Shown: in pieces, positions 37,053 to 45,148 of the stretch
Layout: each line of letters starts with the position of its first letter
How positions within the stretch are numbered: the stretch's first letter is position 1
Assembly: GCA_038087875.1 (NCBI GenBank)
Contig: JAXLNO010001170.1
Span: 62,001-108,719, forward strand
DNA: 46,719 nucleotides
DNA from: Malacoraja senta
Taxonomy: Eukaryota
Direction of reading: 5' to 3'
Program-made: the position numbers and the translations under genes
Notes under the pieces: model-generated
Seen by the model: the letters and a program-made list of their open reading frames with translations, nothing else
What the model was told of the DNA's origin: nothing
Database searches by the model: none

Positions 37053-37428
37053 ATGTGCCGTTCGCGTGTTCTGCTGATAATAATTTTCGTATTTTCCGGT
37101 AGGTTCGAGAAAGAAAAAATATCGATGGCGCGCACTGAGGATTTGATTTTCCTCCGCCTGCACTGACGGCTGTAGAAGGACAGACTATAAGGTTAAATTG
37201 CAATTATTCCGCAGCATTAGATGCGAGGACTGCATTCTGGTACGTCCAGTATCCCGGGGAAACGCCGAGATATATACTGAGGAAATTAAAGACAGGGTAC
37301 GAAGAACGATCCCCCCAATTCCCAGGCAGATTCGTTATCGTTTTTGACACTGAGAATAGGATCGTGTCTTTGGACATAGCGGGGACTCTCGTCTCTGATG
37401 CTGCCGTGTACCTCTGTGCCGTGGAGCC
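37053..37428 (+). pseudogene. V5 (leader 37053-37098; V exon remnant ~37154-37428): deletion removed the acceptor and N-terminal codons
   Basis: MCRSRVLLIIIFVFS G|gtaggt. Intron sequence gatttgattttcctccg runs directly into PPALTAVEGQTIRLNCNY..FWYVQ..DAAVYLCAVEP, whereas V3 has the intron end, acceptor and ~11 codons there. Confidence 0.8.
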
Positions 37429-37505
37429 CACACTGCTTCAGAGAAGCAGCAGACCGGGACAAAAACGCACTGAGAGATCCAGCGCGCGGCCACCAGAGGG
37501 CGCTC
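37429..37505 (+). promoter_or_regulatory. 23-RSS (37429-37467) + CTCF motif (37487-37505) of V5
   Basis: CACACTG-23-ACAAAAACG; CGGCCACCAGAGGGCGCTC 19 nt later. Confidence 0.9.
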
Positions 37506-38419
37506 GCTGGGTTGAAATAGTTAATCAGAGAAATCCGTTTCCTGGCATCCAGTCGAACTGTGAATTTAACCTTGTCTGGACCAATGGAAGCGCCATTTTC
37601 CAACGTTCACTACAATCTGAAATGGCATTGGTTAAGTCCTAATCAACTAAGGATTCAATAAACATTTGAGGTGAGTTGATGAGTTTGACTGCACGGAAGC
37701 AAGTTTTCGATTGCGTCGCGTAGGCGCCCCTAATCGCACATACATCAACGCCTGTTTTTACACGAATGTTCTTTCAATCGTGTCGTATTCCTATCAACCC
37801 CCTTAGATCCCCCCCCCAACACGATTTGAAAGTTCACAGTACACAACTCACCCAGCGAGCCCGCAAACATCTGGAAGGTGAAAACACGTTTCGGGTCGGG
37901 ACGCCTCTTCAGACATCTTCAGATCGAAAGAGCTACGAACGGAAACGTTTATCCACTTACTCCTCAGATGCTGTCTGACCCGTTGAATTCCTGCAACTCA
38001 GAGGTTGCTGAAGTATCCAGCACCTCTTGTTTTTGCACTACCTGTTGTATTAATGTTTGTTTAATTGCATTTCATTCATGGGTGAATTATCCAGATAGCT
38101 CGCTACACAATGTTTTTAATATATCTCACACGTGATAATAATAAATGGATACCAATACCAATATCAATACCAATCTTTACACCAATAACAATACCAGTTC
38201 CAATCCCACTACCAAATCCAATTGCAAGTCTAATACCAAAATAATCCAAGCTGATTCAGATACGGCGCTGAGGGAAGGATGAAAATCACCCTCCACGCTC
38301 GATTCTCCTGCGTATAATTATTCCGTCGTCTTGTTCTTGATTGTAAATTGAGTCGCCGTGTTGTTCTGTAACGAGCACGAAAAGCTGCATCTAACAAGAA
38401 TTTAATCGATTGATTGTAA

Positions 38420-38722
38420 ATATCAGCATGGAAGCAGGGCCTTGGGCCCGACAGGTCGACGCCGACTGTCGGGCACACGTTGACACTAGTCCCATCCCAC
38501 CTTCGCATCCACTGCCTACACACTGGGCGCAATTCGTAGAGGCCATATGTCCAAGATTCTGCGCATGTTTGAAATGTGCGAGAAAACCAAAGCAACCATA
38601 GGCAAACTATGCGTGACAGGGAGAACTTACTAACGTCACACAAACAGTACTCGGGGTCAAGACCTGGGTTTCTGGCGCTGTGATTCAGCCGCTCAACTGG
38701 CTGCGCTTCTGTGCCGCCCATA
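38420..38722 (-). mobile_element. Diverged V-SINE, antisense
   Basis: Reverse complement has a ggcggcacagaagcgcag..gacccgag head and gtttctcgcacatttcaaac; 3' end gggcccaaggccctgcttcc. Confidence 0.6.
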
Positions 38723-38932
38723 TATTCTTTTCCCGTTGCAATTAAAAAACCTTGACAATGGACTATTGTTCTTTGACTCCTTTCTACTGAAGGGGCTGTG
38801 CTTATAGCTCTCTGATTGTGACTATATGTGACTGGACGAGCAAGGGAGCGAGAGAGGAAGAGGGGAAGGGCGGGGAGATAGATGGAGTGTCAGAAAGATT
38901 TGCAGATAGAAAGAATGTAGACAATAAAACAG

Positions 38933-39069
38933 NNNNNNNNNNNNNNNNNNNNNNNNNNNNNNNNNNNNNNNNNNNNNNNNNNNNNNNNNNNNNNNNNNNN
39001 NNNNNNNNNNNNNNNNNNNNNNNNNNNNNNNNNNNNNNNNNNNNNNNNNNNNNNNNNNNNNNNNNNNNN
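38933..39069. other. Assembly gap (137 N) over a GA microsatellite
   Basis: Same context as the other two gaps. Confidence 0.8.
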
Positions 39070-39294
39070 AAGATAGAGGTGGAGCAAATTAGCGTGCGTA
39101 AAGTGAGAAGGCAAGTGATCAAATTGCATCGGTTGTGAACAGCCAATCGTGCAAGAGGGGGACGCTCCTTAGTCTCCCCAACAGAAAAAAACCTGCCCAT
39201 GATTTCCGTGTCCTCTCACATATACTGTACAACGCGAGACATGAACGCAGTCGAATCTTTTCGTCCTTACAGAGCTGTTTACAAACTACATGCC

Positions 39295-39900
39295 ATGAGC
39301 ACCTTCTGGTCTCTCCTGATGATAATTTTTGTATTTCCAGGTGAGCTTATGTTGCAATGGTTCCGAAGCGGAAAGTGTCTTTGATACCCTCCCAGTTTGC
39401 ACACAGTACAGTGAGTTTCTGTTGCGATTTTCCGTGAGCTAAACGTGGCTTTGATACACGCGCGACAGCCATCCCAAACTGTAGATATTGTGAAGGAAGG
39501 TCTGTTCCTGTGCTGTACAGATCGATGTTATTTGTTGGTTATTTGTTGTAGGCTTTCAGCTTCATCGCATGTTTCTTTTCTGCTTTATTACAGGACGCTA
39601 TGGCGAAGAGTCCATGTCTCAATATCCGCCTGAACTCACTGTTGTTGAAGGACAGGCCGTAATACTTAATTGCAATTACCCCAAATCTTACAATAATAAG
39701 GTCGCTTTCTGGTACATTCAGAATGGTGGGCAAGCGCCGAAATATCTACTAAAAAAATTTAATGCCGATTCCGGAGATGGGGCTCGTGGTTTGCCAGAGA
39801 GGTTTTCTGCTGCTTACCACAAAGAGAATCGCTCGATACCTTTAAGTATCTCCGGCGTCCTTGTCTCCGATTCCGCCGTGTATCTCTGCGCCCTGAGGCC
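39295..39900 (+). CDS. V segment V1-D (leader La 39295-39340 with intact donor, V exon 39594-39900), apparently functional, different leader from V1-A/B/C
   Basis: MSTFWSLLMIIFVFP G|gtgagc; 253-nt intron; open exon ending CALRP. Confidence 0.88.
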
Positions 39901-39980
39901 CACACTGCGGCATAGAAGCGACTGATCCGAACAAAAACTCTCTCCCGTCATTTCGATCTAATCTTCACCAGACGGCGCTC
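39901..39980 (+). promoter_or_regulatory. 23-RSS (39901-39939) + variant CTCF motif (39962-39980) of V1-D
   Basis: CACACTG-23-ACAAAAACT; TCTTCACCAGACGGCGCTC (G>C in the core relative to other V1 copies). Confidence 0.85.
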
Positions 39981-41166
39981 TCTTCCATCTTCCAAAAACA
40001 CTCCAACCCAAAATAGAATATTACCCTCAAACACGAAGCGCCGTGCTTCATCTTCCAACTTACTTTACATTCTTGGTTTGTTTTTATTCCTACTCGTCGA
40101 CGGGCCTTTTTTTTGCATTCCCCGTCTAAATTCCATCTTTTATCCTCACAGTTCCTGACGTGATTTTTCCCCATAATGCTCCACAAGGCTCCTGTTTCCA
40201 CCTCACTACTCCGCGATATGCGTTTAACAAGTGATTCTGGAAATGAGGGTTCGAAACCCTCTGAACTCAGTAAGAATATAATCAACGAACAAAACAGGGC
40301 AGCACAGTGGCGCACCTGGAAGTGCTGCAGCCTCATTGCGCCAGGGACCCGGTTTCGATTCTGACCTGCTATATCGTCTGTGTGGAGTTTGCAGGTTATC
40401 CCTGTGATCGCGTGGATTTCCCCCGGGTGCTCCGGTTTCGTCGCATAACCCAAGGACGTGCGGGTTTGTAAGTTTATTGGGCTCTATAAATTGCCCCTGG
40501 TGTGTAGGGAGTGGAAGACAAAGTGGGATAACGTTCGCTAGTGCGAACGCGTGATCGATGGTCTGCACGCACTCGATGGGCAGAAGGGCCTGTTTTTTCC
40601 GCGCTGTGTCTCCAAACTAAATTGAACCCTATTCAAAACACAGAAAAATGCAGAGCTTTGGGAGAATGTTTGAGAGACTTCGCGATATCGGGATGCATGC
40701 CCGAGGAATCATCAAATCCTTATATTAATATTACATCGTTACGTGATCAGGTCGCATTAAGAACGTTAGAAGACGTTAAATAAAGAGTAAAACCATGTCC
40801 CCTTTTGTTCTTCTTGCTCCTACATTGGGCGTGAAGGCTCTCTGCATCACCCCTTCTATTCCCCTCATTGTGTTATAAACCACTGTAAGATCACTCTCCG
40901 GCTTCCTGCCCTCCAAGGTATAAAATCACAGGCTGCACAACTTCTTCATTTGGCTCAGGCCCCCGTGTTTCAAGTCGACTCCAGAATCTGGAGGACAAAC
41001 ATATTAAACTGCCTGAAGAACTCACGTGTCCAACAACACCTGAGGCAAGAGGTCAACAATTCGGTGAAGACCCAAGGCCAATATTGCCCCTTTCATCTCT
41101 CTACGCGTCTCAAGCAGATTTTATTATTCATTTGGGGCATTTATAAACGCTGTGGTATGAGGTTAT

Positions 41167-41454
41167 AGAAACATAGAAATTAGGTGCAGGAGTAGGCCAT
41201 TCGGCCCTTCGAGCCTGCACCGCCATTCAATATGATCATGGCTGATCATCCAACTCAGTATCCCGTACCTGCCTTCTCTCCATACCCTCTGATCCCTTTA
41301 GCCACAAGGGCCACATCTAGCTCCCTCTTAAATATAGCCAATGAACTGGCCTCGACTACCCTCTGTGGCAGAGAGTTCCAGAGATTCAACACTCTCTGTG
41401 TGAAAAAAGTTCTTCTCATCTCGGTTTTAAAGGATTTCCCCCTTATCCTTAAGC
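41167..41454 (-). mobile_element. Unit-D-specific 5'-truncated CR1 insertion, possible TTAT target-site duplication
   Basis: Starts agaaacatagaaa (tail complement), flanked by ttat on both sides; empty site at ~6240, ~18507 and ~31852. Confidence 0.8.
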
Positions 41455-42379
41455 TTATTAATTGGAATATATTTCACACAATGACATAAATTGAACACCG
41501 CACACCGGATAAGGAAATGGTATAATTGAGCCAACTATGTATTTTCTCGGGAGGCTATAGTCTATGTATCTATGTGTCTATGTATCGCTGCATCTGCAAA
41601 ACGCCCTTTACCCTTGTATGGTCTCGCTCGGAAGCAGGCGGGTGTCAGAAATTGGGGAGACAGACAGACCAACGTAGCCTATGAACACCGACAGCAACAT
41701 GAATGGCGCTGCAGGGAAAGACGATGCATATAGAGAGAGATTCCGATACAAGAGATAAAAGAGAAAGAGAGAAATTATCCAGTTGAATGGAAAGGGCGGT
41801 GAGGAGAAGGAGAGAACGAGCACGAGATAGTGGAAGTGAGGAGAGTGAGTGAAGAGAAGAGATATTGAGCGTGAGAAAAGGGGAAGGACTGAGAGAGAGT
41901 AGAGAGACAGTGTACGTTTGAGAGAGAGTGTGTATGTGCGTGTGTGCGTGTGTGAGAAAGAGAGAGAGAACAAATGTGTGAAGGCGTTTGAGAGCGAAAG
42001 ATGGAAGAGAAGGGAAAGAGAGGAGGAGATGGGGAGAAGGGGACAGTTAGTGTGGAAATAGAATGCACGCTCCACAGAGAATGAGAGGAGGAAGCGAAGT
42101 GATTGCTGGGAGAGAAAAGGAGTGGGAGAGGGACACAGTGTGCGTGTTCTAGAGATAGTCAAAAAAGAGCGAGAGAGAAAAAAAGAACCTCGGGTATTGC
42201 CCGAACGTGTGAAATTAGAAGGCGGGGCGATTTCCGCGAAACCAACCAATCCAACACCAGGGAACTGTCCCCGGTTATCTTTAATGAGCCTTGTCTGAGC
42301 TTTCTGTCGCATGTCTGATGCGAGGGGTGAACATACTTATAAACATTTTCTCCTCGTCTCTTCGTTCAAACCGGACACC

Positions 42380-43139
42380 ATGAGTTCCTCGTGGTCCTTT
42401 CTGATAATGATGTTTGTGCTGCCCGGTGAGTCTGTGCTAAACTGCTCAGTGTTACGTCCGGGGCTCCAATTTACCGTCGGACTGGGCGGCACGGTGGCGC
42501 ATCGGCATAGCTGCGGCCTGACAGAGCCAGTGACCCGGGTTCGATCCTGACTACGGGTGTTTGGCTGTACAGAGTTCGAACGTTCTCCCCGTGACCTGCG
42601 TTGGTTTTCTCCGAGATCTTTTTGTTTCTTCCCACACTCCAAAGACGTACAGATTAGTAGGTTAATTGGGGGCATGGTGTAAATGCAAAACTGTCCCTCG
42701 TGTGTGCAGGTTAGTGGTAATTTGCGGGGAACGCTGGTCGGTGCGGACACGGTGGGCTGAAGGGCCTGTTTGCGCGCTGTATCTCCAAACTAAACTAAAC
42801 GATTCACTCGCGTGTTATGTTCGTTCTTACAGGAACGGGCGGCGAAGTGTCCGTGTCCCAGGATCCGCCGGAACAAACGGCCGTGGAAGGACAAAGCGTC
42901 ACAATGAACTGCAGTTACCCTGCAGCGTTCAATGCCTACGCGGCCTTCTGGTACATCCAATATCCCGGGGAGGCGCCAAGATATCTACTCAAGAGACTGA
43001 GCACTGGGTTTGCGGACCAGTCGCCGGATTTGCCTGACAGGTTTTCTGCTGTTTTTCAGAAAGATAGTAGGACGGTCCCTTTAATTATCTCCGCGGCCCT
43101 TGTTTCAGACTCGGCCGTGTACCTGTGCGCCATGACGCC
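42380..43139 (+). pseudogene. V2-D (leader 42380-42425, V exon 42833-43139): coding intact, RSS and CTCF motif deleted
   Basis: After CAMTP the sequence is cacact|aaacgaagg; 82 bp present in V2-C (33223-33304) are missing. Confidence 0.88.
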
Positions 43140-44130
43140 CACACTAAACGAAGGAGGTGCTTTTGCGAATCCGCAGAGAACAAATACTCTGTAGGTGCCT
43201 GATGTCTACAGTATATTTTCCCTTTGTCTCTGCAGGTGTAGCTCACCCTCTCGGGGCGGCACAGTAGCGCAGCGGTGGAGTTGCTGCCTTGCTGCGCCAG
43301 AGACTCGGGTTTGATCCTGACCTCGGGCGTTGCGTTTGAGGAGTTCACAGCTCACCCTGTGACTGCGTGGATTTACTCCGGGTGCTGCGGTTTCCCCCCG
43401 CGCCCCAAGGACACGTGCGTTTATAGTGTCTTTGCAAATTGTTCATAATGTGTTGGGAGTGGATACAAAAGTGGGATAACATAGATAACAAATGTATGAT
43501 CAATGACCGGTGTGGGCGATGAGCAGCGCTGCATCTTTTACTCAATTCTGAAATCAGATTTGGTTCCTAATAAAAGGACCCTAGACCTTCCATAAAATGT
43601 GCAAATCGCCAATCTGAGTTGCAAGGCGCTAGGTTGAGCCAAGCGAAGTGGAGTTTAGTCGTGTAGTTTTGTTTAGAGATTAGTTTAGAGATGCAGCGCG
43701 AAAATAGGCCCTTCGGCCCAACGAGGCCGCGCCGACCAGCGATCCGCGGACACTGGCACTATTCTGCACACTAAGGACATTTACAATATTTACCGGCTCG
43801 GATCGCGGTGGCCCTCCTCGCTCTCGGAGGCTTTCAAAAAACTCTCGGACGTTCCCTGCATACTCTCGACGGTCTTCCTGCGCTCTCGGCAGCCCCGCCC
43901 GACCCCGGTGGCCCCACCAGACGGTTCGTTGAGTTATGCGGGGCGCATCTGGGGAGCTTTCTGCCTCAGCTTTCTCAGTTGTATGTGCGCAACCAATCAT
44001 GTGCAGGAAACGCCCCTTAAAGTGTACGGTAGTGAACCGGATGTTGGCTTCTATTCACACATCGGATACGAGGCAAGGGCACAGTGTGAAAGTCGTCTCC
44101 TTCTCTCTCTCTCGTTCCAAGTCGGGCACC

Positions 44131-45070
44131 ATGTGCGCTTCGTGTCTCTTGGCGCTGATACTCCTTGTGGTGCCCGGTGAGTTTGTGTTTCATTGTTCAG
44201 TGTGCAATCCGTGACTTCCAGGTAGTGCCCGTTCTCTGACACGGGGGTTCAACGTAGGTTCACCTGGTTAATTCCCGGTATGGCGGTACTGACATATAAT
44301 GAAGTAATGGGTCGACTGGGCTTGTATTCACTGGAATTTAGAAGGGTGTGAGGAGATCGTATAGAAACATATAACACTCTTAAAGGATTGGACAGGCTAA
44401 CTGCATGAGAAATGTTCCCGATATCGGGGGAGTCCAGAACCAGGGGTCACACAGTTCAAGAATAAGGGGTCGGCCATTTAGGACTGTGACGAGGAAAAAC
44501 ATTTTCCCCAGAGAGTTGTGAATCTGTGGATTTCTATGGAAGGCAGTGGGGGCTAATTCACTGATGGTTTTCAAGAGGGAGTTTGATTTAGCTCTTAGGG
44601 CTAACGGAATCAAGGAATATGGGGGGAAAGCAGGAACGGAGTACTGATTTTAGATGATCAGCCATAATCAGATTGAATGGTGGCACTGGCTCGAAGGGCC
44701 GAATGGCCTACTCCTGCACCTATTTTTCTAAGTTTCTATGACACGCTCTGTGCTTTGTTATAGGTACCCGTGGCGGTGACTCAGTGATTCAGTTCCCGCT
44801 GCAACTGGCTGCCGAGGAAGGACAGAGCCTAACACTGAACTGCACTTACTCTGAAGGATTCAGCGCCAACTTTGCCTGCTGGTACATCCAATTTCCCGGG
44901 GAAGCGCCTAGATACGTAGTGATGATATACAGCCATGGGGCAGGCAACCGGTCTCCAGATTTCCCGGACAGGTTTACTTCCGTGTTTCAGAAAGCATCGA
45001 GGACTGTTCCTTTAACTATCTCCGGGGTTCGCGTCTCCGATTCCGCCGTGTTTCTCTGCGCCTTGAGGCC
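44131..45070 (+). CDS. V segment V4-D (leader 44131-44176, V exon 44764-45070), apparently functional
   Basis: Exon differs from V4-C at two codons (H>Q, Y>F giving DSAVFLC). Confidence 0.88.
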
Positions 45071-45148
45071 CACACTGCTGCAGAGATGGGGCAGATACGG
45101 ACAAAAACCCATTCTTGAGTTCCAGTCAGCTGCCACAAGGGGGCGCCG
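45071..45148 (+). promoter_or_regulatory. 23-RSS (45071-45109) + CTCF motif (45130-45148) of V4-D
   Basis: CACACTG-23-ACAAAAACC; CTGCCACAAGGGGGCGCCG. Confidence 0.9.

Noticed and set aside
4672-45109. Interpretation as IgH/IgL, IgNAR or NAR-TCR supporting V segments, or germline-joined VDJ
   Set aside because: No D, J or C segments in the window; each V ends at an unrearranged 23-RSS and has its own leader; the WY.Q.PG..P.Y / YLCA.(R/E/T)P pattern fits TCR alpha/delta V better. Alpha versus delta remains unresolved.
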